A stretch of 64,000 nt of DNA from an uncultured Candidatus Bathyarchaeia archaeon (GCA_964394935.1 CAYMZN010000002.1:6360-70359), one strand, 5' to 3'; positions 9,388 through 18,915 are shown, counted from the first letter of the stretch. Numbers and translations are program-made. The notes: a model not told the origin generated them from the sequence alone.

Positions 9388-9484
9388 GCTATGACGTCTT
9401 GGTGAATCTAACGGCCGCCGAGCATCCTGACCTCGGTAACACATTTATCATATAGCCTTGAACCCTCAGTGTTGCGGTCGGAAA

Positions 9485-9877
9485 ATGTTCCCAAAGATCC
9501 TCGATCGGGTCGAGGAGATCATGACCAGGCACGTGGCCACAGCCAAGCCTGAAGACCATCTGGTCACGGCGGCAAAGACGATGCTTGAGAGGAAGATCGG
9601 TTGTGTGGTCGTGGTTGACCAAGAGAAAGTTGTCGGCATAGTGACGGAGAGCGACATGGTGAGGTGCGCCGCGAATGGACACGACCCGAACCGTACACTC
9701 GTCAAGGACATTATGAAGAGCCCCCCAGTGACGTGTAATCCTGAGGCGCCAATAGAGGAAGCCTACGCGCACATGAGGCGTAACCAGATACGCCACCTAC
9801 CGATCGTTGACAAAGGCGTTCTTGTGGGCATCGTAACGATGAAGGACCTCGTCTCCGTCGGCAAACTGATCCTATAG
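9485..9877 (+). CDS. CBS-domain pair protein
   Basis: Two CBS repeats (IMTRHVATAKPEDHL..., IMKSPPVTCNPEAPIEEAYAHMRRNQIRHLPIVD). The ATG at 9485 lies about 35 nt downstream of a TATA-like TTTATCATATA. Confidence 0.7.
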   Translation: MFPKILDRVEEIMTRHVATAKPEDHLVTAAKTMLERKIGCVVVVDQEKVVGIVTESDMVRCAANGHDPNRTLVKDIMKSPPVTCNPEAPIEEAYAHMRRNQIRHLPIVDKGVLVGIVTMKDLVSVGKLIL

Positions 9878-10549
9878 CAAGTATGGCGCCCGAAGCTGAT
9901 GCCGTTCGGGTCCCGCTAGCGTCCAGCTGGCTTACGTCTACAGACACTTGAGCATTCACGCCTTTCTGCTCGAACGAGCATGTGCGGTCCTCTGACACCC
10001 CCAAGATCGGTACGTGAAGGACCGCACGGAAAAAATTCTGACGGATCGCGGCGAATCAGCGTCCAATGCTCAAACTAACCCCAAAACACGCCGACACACA
10101 GACCCGAATTCCCGTTTTTCACGCCGAACACGCCTCATGTTTCCTGTGAGGCTCGGTGTGCGCTACGGCCTACAAACCCACGTTTAAAACTGTCAGGCAG
10201 GGTGCTGGGAGAAGGCGTTGAACGTCCGGTCCAACTCCTGAGATTGCATGGCCTCGCTTTGTTCGGCCAGCTGATATTGCCTCTTGGCTTTTGGCTATTC
10301 TCATCAGAAATGGTGCACTTGTAACAGCATCACTGCAGCCCAGGGATGATGCCGACGCCCAAAGGGACGCCTATGCTTCATGGCCGCTTCACTTGGTGCT
10401 CGTTCACTTCAGGGTGGTCTCAAAAGAATCCTGGTCTTCCGCAACTACGTCTCCAGATGGTTGATGCTGTATTCTTTCAAAAGGGAATGAGGGAGCGACG
10501 TAGGAATCATTATCAAGAAAGTCTGGTCTCGGCTGAGGAGGGGTGTGGG

Positions 10550-11410
10550 TTGAGATCCAGCAGAAGAATCCTGATTGTCGGTCTTCAATCCCATAACGCA
10601 GGGAAGACCACGTTATGCAGAGCGTTGATCTGCGGCTTCAAGGAGTCGGGGGTGAACCTTGTCCCATTCAAACCGCATTCCGGAATAAGCTACTGGACCC
10701 AGTTCGACATTTTTCGGGAGAGCCTCGTCAGGGGCATCCTGCTCTCCAGCGACATCATAGAGCTAGAGCAAGCGGCTCATTCCGGCATCCCTCTTGAAAT
10801 CTTGAATCCTGTGAGTCGTCTCAGCAGTCCTGTGTTGGATAGAGGGATACCTGAGGAGAGGCTGGTCTTCCGTGAGTTCGTCGCACAGAGATTCACCCGC
10901 TATGATGGCACCAAGCCAGGCAACATCTACTATCTCAATGGCACGATGAATTTCAGCAATATGAGGGACATGAGAGAATTCTATCTGGCAATGAGGAAGA
11001 AAGCCGAAAAGATTGTCTTCACCAGGAATTTTCAGCAGCTGGTCAAAGCGTATCTGGACAACTTCGACAAGGCGACTTCTTCATGTTACCAATTCCTGCA
11101 GGATAAGCCACTTCTACTGGAAAGCTTCAACGATGCCGCCTATCCCTGCAACGGAGCAGAGAACTGCGGCCTTGTGCTCGGCGTGTGCTCCAACGTGGTC
11201 CTGCAGTTCAAGGCCGATGAGTACTTCAAGGCCATAGAACTACGCGGACAGCAGAAACCCAAGTTGCAGCTGACGACCACGGATGTAATCGCTCCCTCTC
11301 TAATCAAACGCAAGTATCAAGTTCAACCACTCTCCAACCAAGAGAGAAGCGAACCAGCAAGGCTCGTCGACAACTACTCAAAGATCATCGACGACCTAGT
11401 GAGACACTAG
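10550..11410 (+). CDS. P-loop NTPase (BioD/CobQ-like nucleotide-binding fold), function unknown
   Basis: RILIVGLQSHNAGKTTLCRAL is a Walker-A strand-loop. The TTG at 10550 is preceded by GAGGAGGGG. The track start at 10346 would add 68 non-conserved residues. Confidence 0.5.
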   Translation: MRSSRRILIVGLQSHNAGKTTLCRALICGFKESGVNLVPFKPHSGISYWTQFDIFRESLVRGILLSSDIIELEQAAHSGIPLEILNPVSRLSSPVLDRGIPEERLVFREFVAQRFTRYDGTKPGNIYYLNGTMNFSNMRDMREFYLAMRKKAEKIVFTRNFQQLVKAYLDNFDKATSSCYQFLQDKPLLLESFNDAAYPCNGAENCGLVLGVCSNVVLQFKADEYFKAIELRGQQKPKLQLTTTDVIAPSLIKRKYQVQPLSNQERSEPARLVDNYSKIIDDLVRH

Positions 11411-11575
11411 CTACACTTCCCTAGCGTCCGCTTCGTCATCTGACGGCCAGCCGGAGACGTAGTGTACTGTTTACTCACAGACATGCTGCTGCCATGTGGC
11501 TTCGGTGGTTGAAGGCAAGCATAAGAGACAATTTGTGCAACCCCCAGATGGATTCATGGCCCTTCTTGAGGAGGA

Positions 11576-11938
11576 ATGGAGTTGGGCGAGCCTTCTGAAG
11601 AGAAGAAACCTCAAGTCTTCGACATCACGTCTCTCGACACGTACGACCTGCTGGCGCTGTTCATTAGCGTACTCTCCGCCCAGGCTTGGCAACACCTGGG
11701 ACTACGCGTCAAACCGGGAACAGACAAGATCGAGGAGGATCTTGAAAGAGCCAATACGGCTATCGATTGCATCTCATTCATGGTTGAGAAGCTGAAGCCT
11801 CGTTTGACTGAAGAGGAATCGAAGAGGCTGTCGAGCGTGACCGCGGACCTGAAGATGAACTTTGCAAGAGTCAAGCTAAAGAAGTGCGTATTCAGCATCT
11901 CGGGTCTGTCGGCCACAAAAGTGAACGATGTCCCGTAA
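11576..11938 (+). CDS. DUF1844-like small protein
   Basis: LLALFISVLSAQAWQHLGLRVKPGTDKIEEDLERANTAIDCISFMVEKLKPRLTEEE resembles the DUF1844 core. Confidence 0.45.
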   Translation: MELGEPSEEKKPQVFDITSLDTYDLLALFISVLSAQAWQHLGLRVKPGTDKIEEDLERANTAIDCISFMVEKLKPRLTEEESKRLSSVTADLKMNFARVKLKKCVFSISGLSATKVNDVP

Positions 11939-12490
11939 CGTGCGCTGCGACGCGCCGAAACCAGAGAACGGAAATGTGGATATGCGCGCCTCTTCCACAT
12001 CACCTGCTGCACAAGCTGGTTGTGCCGTTACGACTCGGAGAGGGGTCCGTGTTGTGTACAGCTGGTTCTTCGTCTTTCCGATCGCTATCTCGACAAATTC
12101 CCGCAAGACCTTATTGATCAGGTACTGCGTCGGCTCGCCGAAAGTTATCCTCGGGCATCTTGGATCGACATAGACGTATATCCGTCCGTAGGGCCCATTC
12201 CAGCTCGCAGCCTGTTGCCTGCCGTGGAGCGGTTTCTTGCAGACGATAAACGGCCACATCTTGCAGGCGTAAGGCTTCTCAGCCTGCAACCCGCAAAGCC
12301 GACAACTGCTCTCGCAATACTGGAATATGCAGCGGCCGTCGCGACGTTTTCTCAGGTAGGCTCGTCCTAGACCCAGGATTACGACATCATGGCCGTAGCG
12401 GTGTGAGATTCTGGCGTACTCATGCATGGTGACGAGTACGCTGAACCATTTGCAGCATTCACCGCATGCGCCGCAGTTCCATGAAGCCAC
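11876..12490 (-). CDS. YkgJ-family Cys-cluster (zinc/iron-chelating) protein
   Basis: The N-terminal CGACGECC plus a later C..C..C pattern is typical of UPF0153/YkgJ. Confidence 0.6.
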   Translation of the reverse strand: MASWNCGACGECCKWFSVLVTMHEYARISHRYGHDVVILGLGRAYLRKRRDGRCIFQYCESSCRLCGLQAEKPYACKMWPFIVCKKPLHGRQQAASWNGPYGRIYVYVDPRCPRITFGEPTQYLINKVLREFVEIAIGKTKNQLYTTRTPLRVVTAQPACAAGDVEEARISTFPFSGFGASQRTLRDIVHFCGRQTRDAEYALL

Positions 12491-12827
12491 TCTCGACCAT
12501 GGGAGGAACTTGGCTCAGTCACCTTCATGAACCTCGAAGTTGCCAGCGCATCGATCCTGAGATACTGTGGTGTAAGTCATTACGCCAAACTCGACCGAAG
12601 AGACAACAAAGAACTCCTCTTCTGGTGGGTCATAGCCTACCGTTGGCCTGCTCCAACTCTCTGGCGAAAATGCTGATTCCCTAGATCGTTGTAGGCTTGG
12701 GACCTGTCACATCGCTTGTGTGCGCCTTCCGAGAAGCATGGTAATCCTCAGTAGAGATCAGTAAAGCACGAAAGATCATGCGCCCGGGGTGGGATTTGAA
12801 CCCACGCGGCCCCAAGGGCCAACAGCT

Positions 12828-12850
12828 TACTTGGCCCAATTCATTGTGAT
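12828..12850 (-). other. putative tRNA intron 2 (23 nt) at canonical position 37/38
   Basis: Removal yields the loop CUCGAGA. Only a relaxed BHB forms: the central helix CUCG/CAAG has one C-A mismatch and there is no clear inner helix. Confidence 0.45.
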
Positions 12851-12857
12851 CTCGAGG

Positions 12858-12890
12858 TTCAACGCCAAAGCACATCGAAGCGCTGAGGCT
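12858..12890 (-). other. putative tRNA intron 1 (33 nt) at non-canonical position 30/31
   Basis: BHB motif: central helix CGAC/GUUG, bulges AG|A and AA|C, inner helix GCC/GGC. The predicted cuts coincide with the junction needed to build the anticodon stem. Confidence 0.6.
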
Positions 12891-12945
12891 CTGTCGCCGT
12901 ACCTGGCTCGGCAACCCGGGCTGCACGACCGGATGCTTCCACACG

Positions 12946-12953
12946 CATAAATG
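12946..12953 (-). promoter_or_regulatory. TATA-like box upstream of tRNA-Ser
   Basis: The minus strand reads CATTTATG, ending about 24 nt before the tRNA 5' end. This is typical archaeal promoter spacing. Confidence 0.45.
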
Positions 12954-13258
12954 TCGTTCTCTGGAGGTCTGCGACTCCCCTGTTGCTCAGCATAGGGGGT
13001 GGACTTTCAATAATCCTGTCTGTTCCTCATGCAGCCTTTCCGTGAAGATGTATTGGTCTGTGTACGATTCCTTGACCTCCAGAGTGAGGATGCTGCGAGT
13101 GGACGGCGGTGAGGGGAATGCTAATCACATATCTCGCACAAAGCGAAATCGACGATTGACATAGCCCATCCTAGCCCAGCATGTGACGGGCTTCAAAATA
13201 GGCTTAAGATATACCTACCATCGAAACTTGCGAGGGCCGAACAGCCAAGAGATCGCGA

Positions 13259-13621
13259 ATGAGTCATGCCCTATGCGTCGTCTGCGGAAAGGAGATACCG
13301 TACTCATTCGGCAGACCACGCCGCGTCTGCTCCCATGAATGCTACGTAATGTGGAAGCGGAGACGATACTACCGGCAGAAGTTCCTCAAACGAATCGTGA
13401 GAATATCCGGTGCCGATCTGGACTTCGAGGCAGCAACCTGCGAGTGCGGGTCAGAAATGCTAGCGTGGACGCTGGAAGGTGTTTTCTGCACAAACTGCGG
13501 CGTTCAAAGCCGATTTCACGGAGTGGAAACGTGGATCCCCGCCGAGTTCATTCCAACCCCTGCGTGCAGGTGCTCCGACTGTAAGCGGCAGGCGCCTTAC
13601 CTGCTCTGGCTATATGCATAG
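13259..13621 (+). CDS. Cys-rich putative zinc-ribbon protein
   Basis: 120 aa with CVVCG...C..EC, CECG...CTNCG and CRCSDC pairs. No family recognised. Confidence 0.4.
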   Translation: MSHALCVVCGKEIPYSFGRPRRVCSHECYVMWKRRRYYRQKFLKRIVRISGADLDFEAATCECGSEMLAWTLEGVFCTNCGVQSRFHGVETWIPAEFIPTPACRCSDCKRQAPYLLWLYA

Positions 13622-13751
13622 GGGACTTTCTGCCCAACGTTCCGAGTATTATTGAACGTCTTCTATTTGTCTACGGCCGCTAGCGTGCCGGCTGCCTCTT
13701 TCTTGTGATGGGATCTATATCGGCCCTCGATGAGACCTGTGAGAGAGTGTC

Positions 13752-14306
13752 ATGACCGAGCTGGTTACGGAGACCCGGTACGGGTACAAGGGAAGACTGC
13801 TGAAACTGCGAGTTTCGAAGGTAAAGCTGCGAGGTGGTCAACAGACGACTCGGGAGATAGTCGAACATCCCGGCGCAGTGGCGATCGTCCCTCTCCTAGA
13901 CGCGAAGACGATCCTGGTCACCTTGCAATACAGACTCGCAGCCACCAAGCATATGGTCGAAATTCCCGCCGGAACGTTGGAGACGTGCGAGAGCGCTCTC
14001 TCATGCGCGAAGAGGGAACTAGTTGAGGAGACGGGATATGCAGCGAGACGAATCCGGAAGCTTTTCTCCTGCTATCTGGCGCCAGCGTATAGCACGGAGA
14101 AGATTCACTTCTTCCTCGCGAGCGGCCTGGTTCGAAGAAGGGCAAAACAGGCCGAAGATGAGACGATCACCGTCCGAGCCATGAACTTGATTGAAGGCGT
14201 GAGAGCAATCGAGCGCGGTGAGGTCCAAGATGCGAAGACGATCTGTGCACTCTACTACCTAGCCGCGCATCGAAGAGCAGGGTCGCGGAAACGGAAGGCA
14301 CAGTAG
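13752..14306 (+). CDS. NUDIX hydrolase (ADP-ribose pyrophosphatase-like)
   Basis: Nudix box GTLETCESALSCAKRELVEETGY, preceded by the ADPRase-like N-terminus GYKGRLLKLRV...VEHPGAVAIVPL. Confidence 0.8.
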   Translation: MTELVTETRYGYKGRLLKLRVSKVKLRGGQQTTREIVEHPGAVAIVPLLDAKTILVTLQYRLAATKHMVEIPAGTLETCESALSCAKRELVEETGYAARRIRKLFSCYLAPAYSTEKIHFFLASGLVRRRAKQAEDETITVRAMNLIEGVRAIERGEVQDAKTICALYYLAAHRRAGSRKRKAQ

Positions 14307-14307
14307 T

Positions 14308-15282
14308 TTATCGGGTGGCCGCTAGGTCGGCGATGTCCACATTTATTCCCGACATCCCCTTGAGAGCGGAAACGACAGTCGCTAACCGATCGATCGTCTG
14401 GGGCTTCGCGTTGACCAATCCTCGTTCTGCTGTTCGAATGCTAGCTGTCGTCTCCCCGCTAAGCCGGGTGACCTCCTGAGCGAGGGCAAGGTTCCTAGTG
14501 AAGACTGCATCGACCGCATCCTTGTGCATTCGGTTAAGCGTCGCACCAGCCCTGTCGATACTCCGGATCGTACCGTCTATCTCTTTGCCACCCAAGCGGG
14601 GCCACGTGCTCTTTGCGATGTCAGTTGCATAGTCTGCGAATTTTTCGACGAAGCTTGCGAGGATCCTATAGTCTAGGCAGTCTATGGGGCTCGCTCCAAC
14701 CTTCTCGCCTACTGCTGGGTCGGTCAGAGCAGCCCTGACAACTCTCACTAGAAGGAAGTAGAGTCTGTCAACATCCTCGTCGCGTTCAACAACGGTATGT
14801 GCAAGCCTCGCGTCCCCTCGGACGAACGATGCAACCGCGTCCTTCTGCATAGCCAGCGTGATCAAGTGAAGTCTCCGCAAGATCTTGTCTGGAAACAGTA
14901 AGGACGGTTCGATGAGACATTGTACGACCATCTTCCTTGCATCCTCCTCCACGATCTCGAGGCCCACTAGGCTCCTGGCAATTCTTCTGACCGTCTCCTT
15001 TACGTCCGAGTTTAGGGCCTGTTGGGAAACGATTTCGAATACGTCGTACCCGAGCAGATACTTCTCCTCGATCTCTCGCTGCAACAAGGGCCCTGGTGTC
15101 AACGTGACGGTGGTTATCTTCCGCTCTTGTTGGCCGTAGGGTTCGGCGAGGATCTTCCCGTCTTTCCGTTCAGTGAAACTTAGGATGGCTCCTTTATCCA
15201 GCTTGTTCCTCAGAACCCATGGCTTGGGGACGGTCACGAAGAATGTGCCGTCCGCGGTCCTCTGGAGTCGACGGAGATCCAT
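14308..15282 (-). CDS. AbrB/SpoVT-domain plus PhoU-domain regulator (archaeal phosphate uptake regulator-like)
   Basis: MDLRRLQRTADGTFFVTVPKPWV is an AbrB-type swapped hairpin, followed by two PhoU-like helical repeats. I prefer Met-13 of the track ORF as the start. Confidence 0.7.
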   Translation of the reverse strand: MDLRRLQRTADGTFFVTVPKPWVLRNKLDKGAILSFTERKDGKILAEPYGQQERKITTVTLTPGPLLQREIEEKYLLGYDVFEIVSQQALNSDVKETVRRIARSLVGLEIVEEDARKMVVQCLIEPSLLFPDKILRRLHLITLAMQKDAVASFVRGDARLAHTVVERDEDVDRLYFLLVRVVRAALTDPAVGEKVGASPIDCLDYRILASFVEKFADYATDIAKSTWPRLGGKEIDGTIRSIDRAGATLNRMHKDAVDAVFTRNLALAQEVTRLSGETTASIRTAERGLVNAKPQTIDRLATVVSALKGMSGINVDIADLAATR

Positions 15283-15417
15283 GCCTACCTCAACACTGGC
15301 TATTCGATGGAGCTTCACTCAAATTAATGAAGTGATCAACGACCACTCCGTTTAAGATAGACCGACATGATCTAGACGTCGCAGGCCGTTTTGGACTCCT
15401 CATCGGAAGGCTTCCGC

Positions 15418-16944
15418 ATGCAAGTTCACGACGAATTGAGGCGAGTGGTAGAGCGCTTGGTCGCTGCGGGATGGCAACTCAACAGCGAAGCCTTCCAACT
15501 TCTCCAAACTTTGGGAGGTCAGCTCGACCATGACAAGCTGACCGATGAGCTACTCGCTACAGCAGAGAAACAAGTGGCGAGACCGCGCTTGATTGACGGC
15601 AGCATTGTGGAGCAAGCCCTCAACCGCTTGCTTCCCGCGCCTAAGAGCAGCGAGGCGGCCCAACCGGTCAGAATTGAAGTGCCGTTCGCAGCCGAAATCG
15701 ACAGCGAGATGAAGGTGTTGAAGGATCCCGCAAGCATGTTGAGCCCAGGGGGCTCGATTGAGGAGTTTAACCTTCACTTTCGAGATAGATTCACCAAGCT
15801 TCGGGGGATACTACAGAGGCGGACAGATGTACGCGACGCACGCACGATCTCCGATGCCCTCAGCGCTGAGCCCAACGAGCGAGTGAAACTGATCGCTATG
15901 GTAATGGAGAAGCGTGAACGTGCGAACAAACTATTTCTTACAGTAGATGATCTCGAGGATACCGCGACTGTTCTGGTCCAAACTGATCGTGATCGTCAAC
16001 TCTACGACGCAGCGTTGCGAGCTCCGCTCGATCAAGTGGTTTGCATAGAGGCTGTGAAGAGCCGGGGCAATCTTCTGATCGCTGAGAGGCTTACGCTTCC
16101 TGACATCCCTGAAAGGAGACCGCGAGGAGCAGAACAGGAAGTCTACGCTGTACTCCTGTCTGACGCACACATCGGGAGCCGGAAGTTCTTGGAAGACGTT
16201 TTCAATCGAGCAATTCTCTGGTTGAAAGGCAAGGTAGGCAATGCTCAGCAGCTATGCGTGGCCCACCGAACTAAGTACGTGATTATCGCGGGAGACCTCG
16301 TAGATGGAATAGGCGTGTATCCACGACAGGAAGATGAGCTCAGCATTCCGGACATCTACGAGCAGTACAAGTTTGCGGCCAAATTCGTCGAACAGATTCC
16401 CGACTACATGGAGGTCATCCTAATCCCTGGCAACCATGATGGGGTCAGGCAGGCCCTTCCTCAACCGGCAATCCTGAAGGAATTCGCCGAGCCGGTGTAC
16501 GACGCGCGAGCGATGATGTCGCTGGGCAACCCGTGTGAGGTTGAACTCCATGGCGTACGTTTTCTGCTGCACCATGGTCGAAGCCTCGAGGACTTGTTGA
16601 CGAGCGCTCCAGGCATGAGCTTCGACAGGCCGGAGAAAGCAATGGAGCTTCAATTGAGGTGTAGACACCTAGCGCCCGAGTATGGCAACCGAACATCTAT
16701 TGCGCTGTCGCGCGCTGACCACCTAGTAATCGAGGAACCACCTGACGTGTTTCACTCAGGACATATCCACGTGTTTGGTCACGAAAACTACCGGGGAACT
16801 CTCATAGTGAACTCGGGCGCTTGGCAGTCTCAGACGGACTATCAGGAACGGTTGGGCCTGGAGCCGACGCCGGGTCTCCTCCCGTTTGTGAATCTTCAAA
16901 CATTGAAACTGGGCGTTATCAATTTCATGTCAATGGAATCTTAG
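15418..16944 (+). CDS. dp1: DNA polymerase II (PolD) small subunit DP1
   Basis: Calcineurin-like phosphoesterase blocks LLSDAHIGS, IIAGDLVDG, IPGNHD and HSGHIHV, an OB-fold region and a C-terminal NSGAWQSQT. Confidence 0.9.
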   Translation: MQVHDELRRVVERLVAAGWQLNSEAFQLLQTLGGQLDHDKLTDELLATAEKQVARPRLIDGSIVEQALNRLLPAPKSSEAAQPVRIEVPFAAEIDSEMKVLKDPASMLSPGGSIEEFNLHFRDRFTKLRGILQRRTDVRDARTISDALSAEPNERVKLIAMVMEKRERANKLFLTVDDLEDTATVLVQTDRDRQLYDAALRAPLDQVVCIEAVKSRGNLLIAERLTLPDIPERRPRGAEQEVYAVLLSDAHIGSRKFLEDVFNRAILWLKGKVGNAQQLCVAHRTKYVIIAGDLVDGIGVYPRQEDELSIPDIYEQYKFAAKFVEQIPDYMEVILIPGNHDGVRQALPQPAILKEFAEPVYDARAMMSLGNPCEVELHGVRFLLHHGRSLEDLLTSAPGMSFDRPEKAMELQLRCRHLAPEYGNRTSIALSRADHLVIEEPPDVFHSGHIHVFGHENYRGTLIVNSGAWQSQTDYQERLGLEPTPGLLPFVNLQTLKLGVINFMSMES

Positions 16945-17586
16945 CTCGTTTCCGGCAAGGGCGAGTCCTTTAGCCAAGATCCCGGCAACACGGATCGGCT
17001 CAGGAACCCTTGAGGTCGTAGAGTATGCTCTAATGACGGTTTTAGCATTAGCAGCTGAGATCCCGACCGCTTCAAAGTACAAGGGCTGCTCGCACGGCTT
17101 TGGAGCGAACACATGGATTCTGCCCAATTCCCGCACGAGACGCCAGCGAGTCTTCCAGTCTGGGAAATGCTTCTTGAGTGCACGTTTGACAGAGGCGTTG
17201 TTGGGTTTGTCTCGGGAGACAATGATCATTGGGATGTGCAGGACATTATGAAGACGTCTGCAGTCTACGATGTTGAATCCGGCAAAGGACGCTCCTGAAA
17301 GGAAGATTATGTCAGCTCGTCTCCTCGACAGGAGTCGAAGAATCACATCGGTCGTGTCAAGCTGGTCCACATGGACCATACCAAGCCGGACATCGTTGAT
17401 CCTAAGGCCGCTGAACCAGACAGCAACAAGGGACGCCAAAGAATGGGGTGAATCCGCTGTTCGACCCTTTACTGATGGACCATCGTCTAGGCCTACAGCT
17501 CTAACCGTTTGGGGCGCGCTTCTGAAGAGATCTTGCCACGTGGCCGAATAGTCGTCCGACGAGGGTATCCTCCGAATAGGTTTCAA
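16930..17586 (-). CDS. DUF99/UPF0215 family protein (endonuclease V-like fold)
   Basis: VGLDDGP and FLSGASFAGFNIVDCRRLHNVLHIPMIIVSRDKPN match the DUF99 core. Its only canonical start overlaps the 3' end of cdc6 by 86 nt. Confidence 0.65.
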   Translation of the reverse strand: MKPIRRIPSSDDYSATWQDLFRSAPQTVRAVGLDDGPSVKGRTADSPHSLASLVAVWFSGLRINDVRLGMVHVDQLDTTDVILRLLSRRRADIIFLSGASFAGFNIVDCRRLHNVLHIPMIIVSRDKPNNASVKRALKKHFPDWKTRWRLVRELGRIHVFAPKPCEQPLYFEAVGISAANAKTVIRAYSTTSRVPEPIRVAGILAKGLALAGNELRFH

Positions 17587-18751
17587 CTATCACTCTAGGG
17601 GAAACTCCGAGTCTTATCTTCTTGGTTCTGCCATATCGCCCAAAGCTGACTACACGTGCGTTGAGGATTCCCATTACGTCGAGTTCGTTCACCAAACCGC
17701 TGACTCGCCTCTGGGTAAGAGGATCTAGGCCTGCGACCATGCAGAGCTCATGGTAGACCTCGTAGATGTCACCAGTGATCACTCCCTCAGGAGTGTGATT
17801 GCTCGCCAAGTAAGCACAGACCAGTACGATCTTGGAGTGGACAGGGAGGGACTTCAGGACCTCGGCTACTCTATCATGCTCTATCTTGTGCTGTGCGCGT
17901 TTTACGTGATCCTCCTCGATCTTCCGTGCCCCTTCTCGTTCCGCGAGTTCTCCTGCCACGCGGAGCAAGTCCAGAGCCCTTCTTGCATCTCCATGCTCGC
18001 CCGCGGCAAGACCTGCACAAAGTCGGAGAGGAGCTTCCGACAGGACACCGTCAGAAAATGCAAGCTTAGCCCTGTCAAGCAGAATGTCATAGAGCTCGTT
18101 TGCCAAGTAGGGTCTGAAGACGACTTCCTCTTCGCTCAGGGAACTCAGCACCCGCGGGTCGAGGAACTCTTTGAAATGTAGGTCATTAGATACACCGACT
18201 ATTCCAATCCAGCTCTGTAGGAGCTCCTCGTTGATTCTGGTCAGCTCGTACAGTAGAGAATCGTCTTGGCGGTTCTTCACGAGGGCGTCTATTTCGTCTA
18301 GCACAACAATTAGCGCCATCCTGTCAGCGTTGAGAGCGTTCCGGAATCTATCAATAACCTCGCCCAATGCTAGGCCTGTGAACGGAATCTCAAGTCCAAC
18401 ACATCTGCAAAGATCGGCTAGTACTCGGTAGTTGCTTCCGGCCATACGACAATTAATGTAGGAGATTCGAACCGGCGCGCCGACATTCTCGGCCTTCTTC
18501 TTCAGCCTCTCCAAGACGAACTTCGCTACTATCGTTTTTCCAGTTCCAGTCTTTCCGTAAACGAAGAGATTGGATATCTTGGAACCGCCTAGCGCCGGAG
18601 CCAAGATGGCGCCAAGCCTTTGGATGTGCTCAGCGCGGTGAGGGAGAGTATTGGGTATGTAATCGCTCCTTAGAACATCGCGGTTCGCGAACAGCTGCGG
18701 TCCAGCGAGGAAGTTATCGAAGATGCCTTCGAGAACATCTCGGGACTGCAT
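17501..18751 (-). CDS. cdc6: Orc1/Cdc6 replication initiator
   Basis: Walker A GKTGTGKT, Walker B VVLDEID, a C-terminal winged helix, and the N-terminal LRSDYIPNTLPHRAEHIQRL motif. I prefer Met-29 (18751) of the track ORF as the start. Confidence 0.9.
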   Translation of the reverse strand: MQSRDVLEGIFDNFLAGPQLFANRDVLRSDYIPNTLPHRAEHIQRLGAILAPALGGSKISNLFVYGKTGTGKTIVAKFVLERLKKKAENVGAPVRISYINCRMAGSNYRVLADLCRCVGLEIPFTGLALGEVIDRFRNALNADRMALIVVLDEIDALVKNRQDDSLLYELTRINEELLQSWIGIVGVSNDLHFKEFLDPRVLSSLSEEEVVFRPYLANELYDILLDRAKLAFSDGVLSEAPLRLCAGLAAGEHGDARRALDLLRVAGELAEREGARKIEEDHVKRAQHKIEHDRVAEVLKSLPVHSKIVLVCAYLASNHTPEGVITGDIYEVYHELCMVAGLDPLTQRRVSGLVNELDVMGILNARVVSFGRYGRTKKIRLGVSPRVIVETYSEDTLVGRLFGHVARSLQKRAPNG

Positions 18752-18753
18752 AA

Positions 18754-18771
18754 GATGGAGCTCCACTGGTA
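18754..18771 (-). repeat. mini-ORB-like element
   Basis: The minus strand reads TACCAGTGGAGCTCCATC. 8 of 11 positions match the TCCAGTGGAAA core. It lies 3 nt upstream of the preferred cdc6 ATG. Confidence 0.35.
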
Positions 18772-18888
18772 ACGCCTGTGTTTCGAGTTGAACTGGTAAT
18801 AATAGTCGTTGTCGAGAGAAAGAAACAAGTGGCAACAGAAAAGTTGAGGGAGAGAACGGAAAAGCAAATTGTGGTCGGTGGAGAGAAA

Positions 18889-18915
18889 CCCCGGGACCCC
18901 TGTGTTTCTATTGGA
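18889..18915 (-). repeat. ORB (origin recognition box) repeat 1
   Basis: The minus strand reads TCCAATAGAAACACAGGGGTCCCGGGG. 19 of 27 positions are identical to ORB 2. Confidence 0.6.

Larger units (their letters stand above)
12781..12921 (-). tRNA. tRNA-Ser (anticodon CGA inferred), class II, with two putative introns
   Basis: Reverse complement: acceptor GCCCGGG/CCCGGGC with discriminator G; D-arm GCCG-AGCCAGGTA-CGGC; variable arm GGCCC-TTG-GGGCC; T-arm GTGGG-TTCAAAT-CCCAC. An anticodon arm forms only after removing 33 nt and 23 nt, giving ACAGC-CTCGAGA-GCTGT. The mature length is 85 nt and no CCA is encoded. Confidence 0.7.

Noticed and set aside
12681-12944. 87-aa minus-strand track ORF
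   Set aside because: It lies entirely over the tRNA-Ser gene and its promoter, and the translation is low-complexity. It is a spurious ORF.
12959-13084. Perfect 11-bp inverted repeat (CTCTGGAGGTC / GACCTCCAGAG) spaced about 105 bp apart beside the tRNA gene; considered as MITE termini or an ncRNA stem
   Set aside because: A rough expectation for 11-bp inverted repeats within 150 bp in 64 kb is about one to a few by chance. There are no target-site duplications or extended complementarity.
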